64,000 nucleotides of DNA, taken from positions 28,396,001-28,460,000 of the forward strand of contig OX597824.1 of NCBI GenBank assembly GCA_951406725.2, in the 5' to 3' direction. Every line of letters starts with the position of its first letter. Within the stretch, counting starts at the first letter, position 1. Positions 1 through 13,573 of this stretch are shown here, piece after piece. The position numbers and the translations under genes were made by a program. Source of the DNA: Octopus vulgaris (Eukaryota). The notes below the pieces were generated by a model. The model was given only the letters and a program-made list of their open reading frames with translations, was not told the DNA's origin and ran no database searches.

Positions 1-230
1 GCGTCTTGTCCATCATCCTTAAACAACCCTTATTCAGGGAGTTTTTGAGCGGGATGGGCTACTCGTCCTACCTGGGCCTCCACCTGCAAGGACATGTTTA
101 TCTTGATATGAGATCACCAGGTCTTGAACATATATATACCTGGTGTACTTATATGGGACGGGTAGCATATTTCGCTTCGTATAATTTGTTCCCTAGTATC
201 ACCTTGATACTGTGTTCTGCTCTCTCACTC
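1..230 (+). repeat. Unclassified interspersed repeat 'family D' (end portion), followed by (TAG)n
   Basis: Reverse complement of 9865-10090 and 8605-8850 (e.g. TTTTGAGCGGGA, CTTGATATGAGATCACCA, CTGCTCTCTCACTC). Orientation is arbitrary. Confidence 0.7.
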
Positions 231-234
231 AATG

Positions 235-235
<1 letters not shown>

Positions 236-300
<65 letters not shown>

Positions 301-373
301 ATGGTGGTGGTAGTGGTGGTGGTGGTGGCGGCGGTGGTGGTGGTGGTAGTTGTAGTAGTAGTATTAGTAGTAA

Positions 374-412
<39 letters not shown>

Positions 413-444
413 CACTAGTAGTAGTAGTAGTAGTAGTAGTAGTA
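236..444. repeat. (TAG)n/(GGT)n trinucleotide microsatellite
   Basis: Direct inspection. Confidence 0.95.
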
Positions 445-820
445 AATTAGCTGTTATTTATTAGTCGCTGTCAAGCATTCATTGACTACATTCAGTCTCA
501 TTTTGAAGCGTAAGTGACAGAACGTTTTACATTCGATGTCTCTAAAGTGCACAATATTTCTCTCTGAGAAAAGAAAAAAGGAAAAAGAAAAAAAAAACAG
601 GGAATAAAAATGTTTTCTGTACCATTAACACAGACAATAAATGTATTTTCTCTTCCACGCTCACCTTCGCCTCTTACAAACGTAGACATTTGCTATCGAT
701 TGCAATATGCAATTCGCTCTCTCTCTTTCTCTCTCACTTTCTCTTTCTCCCCCTTTTTCTCCCTCTCATTCTCTTTGTTTATGAATATATACAAATATAT
801 GTATATATATATATGTATCA

Positions 821-854
<34 letters not shown>

Positions 855-951
855 GTACATGTATATGTGTTTGTGTGTGTGTGTAAATATAAATATATAC
901 ACATGTACGTTTGTTTGTGCATATGTATGTATATAATTATGCATATATGCA

Positions 952-982
<31 letters not shown>

Positions 983-1095
983 CTATATATGTGTGTATAT
1001 ATACATATATATGTATAAATATATAAATATGTATGTGTACAAATATAATTACATATGCAAAAGTGTGTATATGTGTCAGTGTGTGTGTGTGCCTA

Positions 1096-1098
1096 TAG

Positions 1099-1184
<86 letters not shown>

Positions 1185-1193
1185 CGATCGATC

Positions 1194-1274
<81 letters not shown>

Positions 1275-1275
1275 T
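1096..1275. repeat. (GATA)n microsatellite
   Basis: Direct inspection. Confidence 0.95.
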
Positions 1276-1374
1276 CTGTCTCTACTTTTAACAACTTACT
1301 AAAAGAAAGGAAATTGCTCCTTTTCACACATATAAACAATGTTTTCACTTTCTTTCTTAAATTCTCTTTCCTTT

Positions 1375-1409
<35 letters not shown>

Positions 1410-1921
1410 CCCACTCTATGTTTCATTATTTGTCTAACACACAAAGTGGGCAGAAGCCTATCTACACATTACAACGAGACACTGTGTATCTCTCTTTCTC
1501 CATCCTCATTTCTTCATTCTCTCACACGTTCTTCCCTTCCTCTCACATCTCTCTCTCTCCCTCTCTCTCTCTCTATCTATCTCTCTCTCTATCTATCTAT
1601 CTATCTATCTATATATCTATCTATCTATCTATCTATCACTGTTAAACTCATATTCTCATATCTTAATGTTCGTTTCGCCAGTACGCTTCCCATCACGTCT
1701 TTTTTTAGTTTCTTTTTTTCACACACACTCTCTTTCGTACTCTTTCTCTCTCTCTCTGCCTCTCCTCTCTCTCTCTCTCTCTCACGCTCTCTCTCTCTCT
1801 TTCTCTCCTATACACACATTTAACTAAACTGGGCACCAATTACAGACCACCCTTCTACCTTCTACCTTCATATTCAACGTTTATTTTCCTCTATTTTTAT
1901 CTATATCTATCTATCTATCTA

Positions 1922-1983
<62 letters not shown>

Positions 1984-1989
1984 TATAAA

Positions 1990-2164
1990 CAGTGGTGTAG
2001 CTAGGGTGTGACAAGCAGGGTAGATGCCCTGGTCGCCACTTAGAGGGTATCGCAATTTTGGCCAAGATCATTTTGTAATTAAGCCATTAAAAAAAAAATT
2101 GGTCGGCCTGGCGGCGCAATTTTAGTGCTTGCTCTGGGCGCAATTTTCCCTAGTTACGCCACTG
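1990..2164. mobile_element. hAT-type MITE
   Basis: TIRs CAGTGGTGTAGCTAGGG / CCCTAGTTACGCCACTG; 8-bp flanks CATATAAA vs CATATATA (7/8 match, candidate TSD). Confidence 0.8.
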
Positions 2165-2249
2165 CATATATATATCTATATATACATACATATATGTATG
2201 TGTATTGTGTTTGAATTATATGTATATATATATACACATGTGTGTGTGT

Positions 2250-2415
2250 GAAAGCACGTTTCTTGGTGGTTAGAAAATTGATGTTACGATCGCTAGACTG
2301 TGGGTTCGAGTTCGGTCAACCAAAGAAACCAGCGAGTTGTGCTCTTGTGCAAAACGCATATTGACTAGTCGGTGTATAACATCCGAGTGTATTCTCAATC
2401 ACGTGATCACTTGAT
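2250..2415 (+). mobile_element. Degenerate tRNA-derived SINE (head type 2, tail type 2)
   Basis: B-box-like GGTTCGAGT; ends TCACGTGATCACTTGAT like the tail end at 47088-47103. Confidence 0.5.
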
Positions 2416-2439
2416 ATACACACACACATCTATATATAT

Positions 2440-2622
2440 GTTTCACCGCTAAATCCACAAAATTTTTTGCTTTTATTCTCTCTCTTTATATTCTCTTATT
2501 CCTTTCTGTTAAAGAGCTTAGGCACGAGATTTTAAAGAATTTTTCACTTTCTCGTGCAGCAAACTAAAACACCTGCTTATTATTCATACAACAGCCTTCG
2601 ACATTTGTTTTTCTGTAAATTT

Positions 2623-2625
<3 letters not shown>
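2440..2625 (+). mobile_element. Degenerate Penelope-like terminal fragment between (TA)n tracts
   Basis: Colinear with 21558-21770 (CTTTCTGTT.AAGAGC.TAGGC.CGA, GCCTTCG.C.TTTGTT). Confidence 0.5.
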
Positions 2626-2679
<54 letters not shown>

Positions 2680-2701
2680 ATAGATAGATAAATAGACAGA
2701 C

Positions 2702-2770
<69 letters not shown>

Positions 2771-2771
<1 letters not shown>

Positions 2772-4351
2772 GTTTCTTTATTGGCCACACAGGGCTGCAC
2801 ACAGATGGGACAAGTTACAAGGTAGAGCTTTTCTTTTGGGGGATGAAGAGAACAAAAAACAAAAGAAAAAAAGGGAGTGGCGTAGGTTTTCGATCAAGAG
2901 GGATCGTAAAAGGGAAGAAAAGAACAAAAAAAAATTGAATAAAATAAAAGGAATAAAAAGGAAAAAAAAGAAAAGGAAAAGGAACAAAAGGAAAGAGAAA
3001 TGAAAAAAGAAGAAAAAAGGGGAAGAGGAAAAAAAAGAACGATCAATAGGGATCGTGTATCACAGTGTTATGATATATGGTGTAAAGGGGAAAGCAAGTA
3101 AGGTTTATCCGTGTGGGAAGAAAAGCCTACGAAAAAGACCACGGTAACCTTGGTCAATATTGTTATATGTTACCACATTTGTTTGCAAGTGGGTAACCCT
3201 CTCTTTTCAATTTCTGGGTTCATAGGATTATGCTCAAGGTGGCTTCGTCATTCATACGTGCCATCCTTGCTACATTCACCCATCTTTTTTTAAAACATTC
3301 GCTAGACAAAACTTGCCTCTCTACTCTCACTTTCCTTTTCAAGTGGTACTTGAAGAAGTTGATGAGAGATTGACCAGAGAGGAAAGTGTTTGTCTCCAAT
3401 CCTTTCAGACGCGTCCACCAGATACATTCTTTCGCCATAGCCACAAGGATGATGAAAATAGCTCTTCCTTCCCGTTTGAAGGAAGGAGGCGTGACAATAT
3501 TGACGATAGACTCAGCTGATAAACCGACTCGTCCCACACGTGACAGCAGTTGTTCGACATAAGCCCACAGGTCGGAAATCGTTGGACACTGCACGAGTGC
3601 GTGCAGAACGGTTTCGTCGCTCTGACCGCATCTCGGGCAGGTCGGCCCCGTGTTTCTCGAGCCGTGTCTGTAGAGCTTATCCCGAACGGGTAGCGCTTCT
3701 CGGTAGCACTGCCAGGCCAGGGATCTCTGGAATTTGTCCATGGGCCCTGGCCCGAAAGTCGTCCTGAACAGGCGGGTCAGGTACTCCTCGTCGACGTCCA
3801 GGTTCGCCCCGAGCTCGTCGTCGTACCTCCCCTCCTCTCCTCCACTAATCCCCTATAGAATGCTTTGGTTGTGTTGAAGTCACTCAAGATCGACCCGGGA
3901 CGGCAGAGTTGCTTGAGAGCAACGCGACACTCGCGGTGCAAATCGCCCTTCCTCGGCCTCTTTTTGATCCACGACTGCAGTTCGGTCATGGAGACGAGCT
4001 GCGGGAAAGCGTGCCTCACAAACGGCGACCACACCTGTTCACCGTCGTCTACATAGAGCCAGAGATGTCGCAGTCTCAGCGCGTGTCTGCGCATCATCAA
4101 CCACGGCATGCCCAGCCCTCCTTTTAGCGGGTGTTGACAGCAAACGGATCGCCTGAACATCGGGACGCATCCTTTCCACAAGAAGCGAAAGAGAATGCGT
4201 TGTAGTTTGATGATGGTAGGGTCGGGACAAGGTACGACGTTCAGAGGTAGTAGATGACGGACGCGATGTACGTGTTCGCCACCTCCGCCCGACCTTTTAG
4301 GGACAGTTTCCTCTCGGCCCATTGCCGGGCGAGAGTGACCACCCTACTCGT
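2771..4351 (-). mobile_element. 5'-truncated non-LTR retrotransposon, L1/Tx1 type (ORF2 C-terminus + 3' UTR), frameshifted
   Basis: ORF2 post-RT motifs W..RKLSLKGR..VAN, FRFLW, GGLG and zf-RVT CPRCGQSDETVLHALVQC...W, split over frames 4241-4350, 3777-4250 and 3220-3741; T-rich 3' UTR ending AATAAAGAAACT; (TATC)n on both sides. Confidence 0.9.
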
Positions 4352-4437
<86 letters not shown>

Positions 4438-5003
4438 CATCCATACATACATATATGTATAGATATATTCTTATTATACATATTCTATCTCCTTCCCTCT
4501 ATCTTTCTTTCTCATTCACTTTCATTCAATCCCTCACTCATTCACTCCTTCAACACCAATAGTCTCTTTCATCTTCGTATCCACTTTCTTCTAACACCGA
4601 ACCTTCTTGCAATTGACGTCGTATTGTCTTTTCAATATGTTTTAATTTTTATTTATGATCCATTTATAGTTATTATGCTATTAATATTTTACAACACCAC
4701 CGTCTACACCGCTCTTAGTCAACCAATCTATATTATTTTATAAGCTGCCCGATATTCCAGACGTCATATTGACGAAGATCTGAATATATTTTTCTTATTC
4801 TAAGCACTTCGAAATATTGGAGAAATTAGTTTTAATGCAAACTCATTCAATTTCCGTGAATGCAAATTTCTTGGAATATATAAAACTTGTTTATATTTGT
4901 AATGAGTTTACTTTGAAATCTTATGTATTTTACTTATGAATAATCAGATTTTTAAAAATGTAAACTAACGATAAGGTAATAAAAGTTATTACTCGTATTA
5001 TAT

Positions 5004-5056
<53 letters not shown>

Positions 5057-5789
5057 CGAAAGTGAGAGGGAGAGAAATAAAGAGATAGATATAGCTGAAG
5101 AGATATGTATATATACATACATATGTTTATGTGTATGTACATGTGTGTGTATAGATATATATAAATATACATATATGTATGTATATATGTATGTATGTAT
5201 GATGTGTGTATATTGAATGAGGTAGAAAGAGAGACTGACTGACAGACAGTCAGACACATAGATAGATAAATAGATAGACAGGCAGACAGACGGACAGACA
5301 GATAGATAGATAGATAGATACATACATACATACACACATACATAGATTGTGAATGCAATTAAATCATATGTCGAAGGCGTTTGTAACCTGAAACACGACA
5401 TTTTATAAATATAAAACCAGACCACCAATGCCGCTCACCGGAAGCATTCTACTAAAACAGTTCATCTCTTGAAGTTTCCCAAAGTCATCTATAAACTGCA
5501 AATGGCTCACTGCAACCTGCATAAGTATTTGACTATGATTATTCGTAACTTAAACGAACCTTTCGTCACACATAAATTAACTTCCCTCACTTAACGAAGG
5601 AGTTATGTATATGGAGATGATTTCAGTATCAATTGGAAATTTAATGCCGTCATGATTGTATTGTTATTTTGTAAGAGGGACAAAATTCTTGAGTAAGTGG
5701 TAGCTTTATTAAGCAGACGCTTTATTACTTTTGTTATATTTTAACTCGCAAAAAATACTGGGGTCTTTCGAGCGAAGCTATATTTTGGG

Positions 5790-6240
5790 TTCGCCAAAAG
5801 TCACCTGACTGTAAATCAAAACCATTTAATTTCAAGATTTATTTATGTTTAACAACTGAATGAATTTAATAAAAGTATCTAAATATGTCTGGGGAGAGTC
5901 ATTTTTTTTATGCCTTCTAATGTAACACACTCACCGGTAAAATTTTCACTTTTTTCTTATTTTTATTTTCCTAACGTTTTACCGGTGAGTGTGTTAAATT
6001 ATAAGGCACAAAAAGAAAATGACTCTCCCCAGACACAACAGAATATGCTTCAACACACGAACCCATTTAAAGAATCTTGCAAACCAAATCCAAAAACGAA
6101 ATATCTGAATATGAAACATCATGAAAATTGTTGAAACTGAAGTCCTCTTTGAGCGACACATTTTTCCATTGAAGTCACTACAGAATTACAGACAGTATTT
6201 ATAGAATTGTGATTTACTGTCGGGTGACTTTTGGCCAAGC
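5790..6240. mobile_element. Nested-foldback (MITE-like) element
   Basis: Outer IR GCCAAAAGTCACCTGACTGTAAATCA (5793-5818) / TGATTTACTGTCGGGTGACTTTTGGC (6210-6235); inner IR of about 57 bp, 5886-5942 / 5977-6035. Confidence 0.55.
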
Positions 6241-6471
6241 CTGGATAGTTGCTAAAAATGAAGAATGGGGATACAATGCAGTGGAAAGACATCGGCTTCA
6301 AAGTTTTATTTCATTACGCCAAAAATGCTTATATACACACGCTGACATAGAACCAATGTTGAAACCCTTATTCGCAAAATTACCGAATCTGGAACTTAAC
6401 TACGGTCTGTCTATAGCACTTATTCAGCATTACCTGAGACCTTTGGGTCTCAATGACACCATTATCTCTTA

Positions 6472-6533
<62 letters not shown>

Positions 6534-7864
6534 CATACATACATACATACACACACACCAACAGTGCAACGACCACCGCTCCCTTCTTCGTTGACATGAA
6601 GACAGCGGTAGCATAACAACTATCTTGATCATCATTATGAATATTTTCACAACGACCATCATCACCATCGTCACTATCACCGCCACCGTCGTTATCATCA
6701 TCATCATCATCATCATATCATCCTCATCATCATCACCAATCATCATCATCAGCATCATCATCATCAGCAGCAGCAGCAGCATTATCCATCATCGTCGTAG
6801 TCATCATCATCACCACCACCACCACTTGATCATCGTCATTATCGTCATTATTATCATCATCATCATTACGATCAACGACGACAAAGCAGCAGCAGCAGCA
6901 GTAGCAGCAGCAGCCGTGGCAGCAACACTGTCATCTTCGATGACACATACATCACAGTATCAGCTGTCCGCCTGAGCCGAAATCCTCTTCTCCACCTCCA
7001 CCTCCTCCTACTCCTCTTCACCACCACTACCACCACCACCTGCACCACGTCCATCTTCTACATACTCACTTACACACCAACACATCCCATTCACATCCCT
7101 TTCGCAATCCTACACGATTCAGTCGTTTACTTCGCCATGTATAATAATTTCCCCTCCATAATTAGCATCACGCTTAAAACATTGGCCAGCCGTGTTTACT
7201 TATTGATGAGATTTCGCTGATAAAGGACTGCGGAAGCTGCTAAGCTCAACGACAATTGGTGTTGATAGTCGTGGTTGTTATAATGGAAGAATGAATATGA
7301 CAAGGACGAGCGATGACTAGGACAAATATACTTAAAGAAAAGAAAAGAGGAAAAATAAAGAGAAGAGGGTGATATAGAAAATACAATTACATATTTATAG
7401 ATAAAGCACATTTGGGTTGGTTCTATTAAATAATAAATACTAACACATCTTCAGTAGATTGCTTTGTGCTGTTATGATTAAAAGCTTTGGTGTGACGGTG
7501 AATGACAGAGCGAGAAACAGGATGGAAGTGATAGAGATTATGAGAAAGCGAGGAGTGAGGTAGATCGTCAATGCAGGAAGATAGAGTGAGACGAAGAGAA
7601 TCAGAGAGTGAGAAGGAAGGGTGGAGGAAGTGATAGACAGCCAAATAAAATTTACAAGTCTCTGCGAGAGATGCTACACACCTAGATTTATGCATAAGCA
7701 TGAAGACTTCTGATTGCAGAGATAATAGTTCGGCCATTATTGATTTCTGGGCCAGCTAATTAAAAAAGGATATAATTATATACACATGTGCGTACATACA
7801 TGTGTGTGAGTGTATAGATATGTAGACATATATACCTACATTCATGTATATGTGGGCGTGTGTT

Positions 7865-7940
<76 letters not shown>

Positions 7941-8063
7941 TAGTTATATGAATATATATATAAATAGATAGATATACATATATATGTGCTTGTGTGTCTA
8001 TGTATGTATGTGAATATGTATATATTCATATATATGTTTGTGCACACAAACACACACACACAC

Positions 8064-8286
<223 letters not shown>

Positions 8287-8604
8287 TATATATATATATA
8301 CAACACATAGTTCTTTGACATGAATTGTCTGCAGGACTCATGAAATACTAAGAATAAATAGTGACTTTAGCAATCTAGATCAGATTTGCATACTTCACAA
8401 TATCTGATCAACGCAAAAGAATTTTAAACAGTAAAGGATTTGTACCTATAAAACGTACAATACAAAGCGTATTGCTGGTGTTTTCTTATCTTCTCCAAAA
8501 TACTATGCAGGTAAATAAATAAGTTATACAACAAAGATGTATTTTGTATATTGGGCACTGACCACATGAAATATGTCCGGACACACACATTCTTGTATAA
8601 GAAT

Positions 8605-9078
8605 TAATGCAAGCCTTCAAGGTGACGCTGGGTTACAAAATATACGGAACTCAATATACGCATCATCACTACCCGTCTGATGAGGGTACACGAGATACAT
8701 GCATCACAACCAAATGGTGATCACAACCTACATGGTGATCTCATATCAAGACACACAGCACATGACCTTGCATATAGAGCCTAGTTAGAATTTTTGTTCG
8801 GATCGAGAAGCCCATCCCGCTCAAAAGGTCCCAGAGTAACGTTCGCTTCAGGATGATGAATGCAACATCCATATTTCCATGGGGGAATTGTTCAAACCTC
8901 AAAAAATCCCTTTAAGCACATAGCTATGATGCTACTCCACTAATGCGCGTAATCAGAGGTGCACATATTGTCAGTCATTAAGGTACATGCAGAAAAACAA
9001 AATATGCACAAGATAGCACTTCCGATCATCTATGATCAGATGACATAAGACACATCGTCTGCTACTGCATCAGGGCAT
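8605..9078 (-). repeat. Family D repeat copy
   Basis: Shares ACCCGTCTGAT.AGGGTACAC, CATGGTGATCTCATATCAAGA and terminal TACTGCATCAGGGCATT with 9865-10285. Confidence 0.7.
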
Positions 9079-9100
9079 TAATTATTATTATTATTATTAT

Positions 9101-9785
9101 TCAGTAGTTTTATTTTTATAGCGTGCTTTCACTTCACTACCGAGCACAGCTCTGTGTGCCTTGGGTATGTGCTGTGATTTGTTGTGATGCTCTGATGGTT
9201 ATTGTATGGAAAGTGTTCTGCGTAGGATGTGTGCAGTGCCTAGTAGTGCAATTTTCTGTATGTTATATGTGTTTGTAAGTCCTGGTGTTTTTGTTATGTA
9301 TTTGTCTGAATATTTTTTTATCATGCCTAATGCACCTACTATGATAGGAATTGTTTCTGTTTTCAGATTCCACATTCTAGTTACCTCTATTTCCAGGTCT
9401 TTGTATTTTGAGAGTTTCTCCATTTCTTTTAGAGACACGTTGTCATCAGCCGGTATTGATACATCAATTAGAAAGCATTTTTTTTCTTCATGATCTCTGA
9501 CAACTATATCTGGTCTGTTGGCCTTAATTTCTCTATCTGTGTGTATCGACATATCCCAGAGTATGGTTGCTTTCTCGTTTTCTGTGACCTTTTCTGGTGT
9601 GTGCCTATACCATCTTTTTTCTGTTGTTATTCCATAATGTTGGCATAGCTTCCAATGTATGTAGGTTCCAACGCTGTTATGTCTGTGAATATATTCCTTC
9701 TTAGCCAAGACTGGGCAGCTAGAGATAATATGATTTATTGTTTCTTGTCCATCTCCACATATTCTGCAGTTACTTCTAATATTTC

Positions 9786-9789
<4 letters not shown>
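9101..9789 (-). mobile_element. 5'-truncated R4/Dong-type non-LTR retrotransposon (CCHC knuckle + restriction-like endonuclease + 3' UTR)
   Basis: Open frame CRICGDGQETINHIISSC...YIHRHN...ILWD...RPDIV...IDVSIP...KLSKYKDL...IIVGALG, stop at 9199; PD-(D/E)xK RLE signature; (TAA)n on both sides. Confidence 0.9.
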
Positions 9790-9849
<60 letters not shown>

Positions 9850-9864
9850 CATTATTATTATTAT

Positions 9865-10281
9865 AGAGTGAGAGAGCAGTGCATGCCATCAAAGTGACAC
9901 TGGGATAAAATATACGAAGCTCAGTATACCCAACATGGCTACCCGTCTGATAAGGGTACACCAGGCACATGCATCACAACCAACTGTGCGCGACATGGTG
10001 ATCTCATATCAAGAGAAAACAGCGCATGGCCTTGCAGGTAGGACTCAATTAGCATTTTCCTCTGGTCGAGTTGCTCGTCCCGCTCAAAAGATGCACATAT
10101 CGTCAGCCACTAAAGGACATGGTCAAATGGTTAAGGTCAAACAACTGACAAGCAAATCTGTGGTATTCAGCCGAATATTTGCTGTTGCCCATCCTTTATA
10201 CCAAGACAAAACAATGTACATGATAACACTCCCAGTCAGATGAGAAGCCATGAGAGCCACTGTCTGGTACTGCATCAGGGC

Positions 10282-10285
<4 letters not shown>
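9865..10285 (-). repeat. Family D repeat copy, flanked by (TAA)n on both sides
   Basis: Bounded by (TAT)n 9788-9863 and 10284-10376; homologous to 1-230 and 8605-9078; no credible ORF. Confidence 0.75.
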
Positions 10286-10379
<94 letters not shown>

Positions 10380-11264
10380 TAGGTTGCTGAAGAGCTTAAA
10401 ATTCTTTGCGATATTCTTTCTGTTTTACAACAATAATTGAATGAATTAATTTTGATTTTAGATTTTATTGATTGTTTTGAAATATGTACCACTTACTAGT
10501 GTTAGACAATGAGAAGTATTTTATAAAAATATTTTCACTTTATTTTACTGTTTAGCGCTAAATTGAAAATGGCTTCTTCTTTCCCCGGACACCATATACA
10601 CAATGACACAGGAAAGAAATCACGAGATCTATTAAACAAAGGAGAACATAGTGTAAGAATACAATAACAGAAGAGGAAAAAAAATTACACTTCAGGAAAG
10701 AAAAAAACATTATAATTAACATCACGTGTAGCGACAACAGCTGTAGTACTGATACGCTATTTACGAATTTTGTATTAGCATGCATTTCCAGAAAGTGCTT
10801 GATTCTATCAAAACCAAACCCGGTAGAAATGCATACCTAAAATTCTCACTGTCGCTTTTATTTAGTTTTTTTTTACAGCTCAAACTTTAAATGATTATCA
10901 TAAATCCTGCCACAACGAAAAAAATTAAAAGAACGAATATAAAGAGATATAAAGTTGAATCTAAGACATTTTGTTTGAATTATTCTGAAGTTTATTGACC
11001 CTCAAACCGTTTCTTCATAACTTTCGCAGAAAGGAATATCTTTAATATCTTTTAAAAGATGATTTGTTTCTGATACTGCCACACCTGTATTTTCATGCAC
11101 ACTACGTTCATATTACCTTTGAATAAATACCGCGGTTACTTTACCTTGGAAGACAAAAAGAGACATCCTGTCAAATATTCTCATCGTCTCTGTGTGTAAA
11201 AGTCTCTTTGCTACACAGACACTGATTACAAGGTGTCAAACAGACAAAGCAATATTTATTCGCA

Positions 11265-11470
11265 TTATAGGCACATGGCTTGAAATTTGGTGGCTGGGTA
11301 ACAGCTATTGATTATATCGACGCGAATATTCAGTTGTTACCTACTTTACCGACCCTGGAAGGATATAAAGCTACGTCGACCTCAGCCGAATTTGAACTCA
11401 AAAAGAACAAACGGACGAAACGCTACTCAGCATTTTCCCGGCTTTTTAAAAATTCTGCCAGATCACCGCC
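11265..11470 (-). mobile_element. SINE group C, degenerate
   Basis: GTCGACCTCAGCCGAATTTGAACTCA is the reverse complement of the group C B-box region. Confidence 0.6.
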
Positions 11471-11511
11471 TATACAAAGAAAGCAATCGGGATTTAAAAT
11501 TTCTGTACATA

Positions 11512-11665
11512 GGCGTAAGAGTGTGTGGTAAGTAGCTTGCTTACGAACCACATGGTTCCGGGTTCAGTCCACTGCGTGGCATCTTGGGCAAGTGTCTTCT
11601 ACTATAGCCTCGGGCCGACCAAAGCCTTGTAAGTGGATTTGGTAGACGGAAACTGAAAGAAGCCC

Positions 11666-11724
<59 letters not shown>

Positions 11725-11978
11725 GTATGTATGATTGTATGTATGTGTTTGTGTATGTGTTTGTGTGTCTGTGTTTGTTCCCCCCAACATCACTTGACAA
11801 CCGATGCTGGTGTCTTTACGTCCCCGTAACTTAGCGGTTCGGCAAAAGATACCGATAGAATAAGTACTAGGCTTACAAAGAATAAGTCCTGGGGTCGATT
11901 TACTCGACTAAACGCGGTGCTCAAGCATGGCCGCAGTCAAATGACTGAAACAAATATAAGAGTAAAAGAGTAAAAGAG
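11512..11978 (+). mobile_element. SINE group A (tRNA-like head, internal (TA)n/(TG)n, (TAAAAGAG)n tail)
   Basis: GGTTCCGGGTTCAGTCC B-box-like; CTTGGGCAAGTGTCTT; 3' GCATGGCCGCAGTCAAATGACTGAAAC; at least 15 related copies or fragments in the window. Confidence 0.85.
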
Positions 11979-12544
11979 GGCCAGCAGATTTTGAGGGAAC
12001 GGGAAGTCGTTTTCATTGACTCCAGAACTTACCTGGTACTTTATTTTATCAACCCCCAAATGAAAGGCAGCTTCGACAGCGGCGAAATTTTGGCACAGAA
12101 CGTAGAGACGGACAAAATGCTTAGCAGTTGCAATTGATAACAATGACTCGATGAATAATCTCGTATGCATCTACACAAAATATAATGTTGTGTTTTACTA
12201 TAAAGTTGACATATATATTGGGTTGATATATATACCTGAGTATTGCCTGTAATTATGTGTAGTTTCTTAGTGTGATTTTGTGTGCATCTCTGTATGTATA
12301 ACTATCATCGTAATCGTTTCTCAGACTTGGATATGTAAGACCTTAAATGTAGACATCAGATCATTACGAATGTAATGTACGATTTTCTTATGCACCAACT
12401 TTAATAGTCGTTACCTGTAAAGTTCTATCCTGACAATTCTTTGTTTTACAACATTGAAGAGTCACATCATCAATTTTCGAGATGTAATTCATGGTGTTTG
12501 ATAATATTGTGAGTTTTCCTTTCTACAACTTTTTTTGTGAGCTT

Positions 12545-13425
12545 ATGGTTAGATCAGAAATTCGTGTTGTTTATAAATAAGAGTTCTGTCGTGGAACCAA
12601 TGCATCCCAGACAGCTCGAAATATCAATGAGATGTTTGGTGAAGATGTGGCGAATGAATGCATTGTACGTCGATGTTTTAAGAAGTTTCGGTCTGGTGAC
12701 TTTACTCTTGAAAATCATCCCTGTGGTAGACCTGAGACCAAGGTGGATAATGAAGAGATGGAAACTGTAGTGGAAGCTGATACATCTCAAACTATGCATG
12801 ATTTAGCAGCAAGGTTTGATGATTCGATTCCAACTGTATCGGACCATCTGAAACAAATCAGCAAGGTAAAAAAGCCGGAGAAGTGGGTACCACACGAACT
12901 GAACGAGCATCAAACGACACATCGTCTTGAAACTTGCTGTTCTTTGCTGTCACCAGAATAAAAGCGAACTATTTTTGCATCGTATTGTTACGTGTTATGA
13001 AAAATGGATTCCTTTCAACAATAGCAAACATTATGCACGGTGTTTGGATGGAGACTAAGTGCCTAAACACAATCCAAAATGAATACTCATTAAAAATATC
13101 TAATGATGTTTGCTTATTGGTCTAGCGCTAGTGTCATCCACTACACCTTCATGAGAGCTGGTAAGTCAATTACAGCTGATGTATACATCAGCTAATTGGA
13201 TGAAATTATGAGTGAACTTGCAGTTAAAGAACCGAGATTGGTCAATTGAAACAAGCCAATTCTCTAGCAAGACAATGCTCAACCACATGTTTCACAAAGA
13301 ACGTTACCCAAGTTACATGAACTGAACCTGGAAGTACTCTGCTATCCATCATATTCACCAAACCTTGCACCAAGTGGCTATCATGTTTTCGAGGCATTAA
13401 ACAGCCTTTTGCTTGGAAAAACATC
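12545..13425 (+). pseudogene. Mariner (Tc1/mariner) transposase pseudogene
   Basis: HTH region (ARNINEMFGED...FKKFRSGDFTLE...GRP), WVPHEL motif, RIVTCYEKW, QDNAQPH and PSYSPNLAPS motifs; stops and frameshifts; cut off by (GT)n. Confidence 0.9.
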
Positions 13426-13427
13426 AA

Positions 13428-13573
<146 letters not shown>

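Noticed and set aside
8670-8700. CTGATGAG in family D as a hammerhead core
   Set aside because: No following stem II-GAAA, and the other copy reads CTGATAAG.
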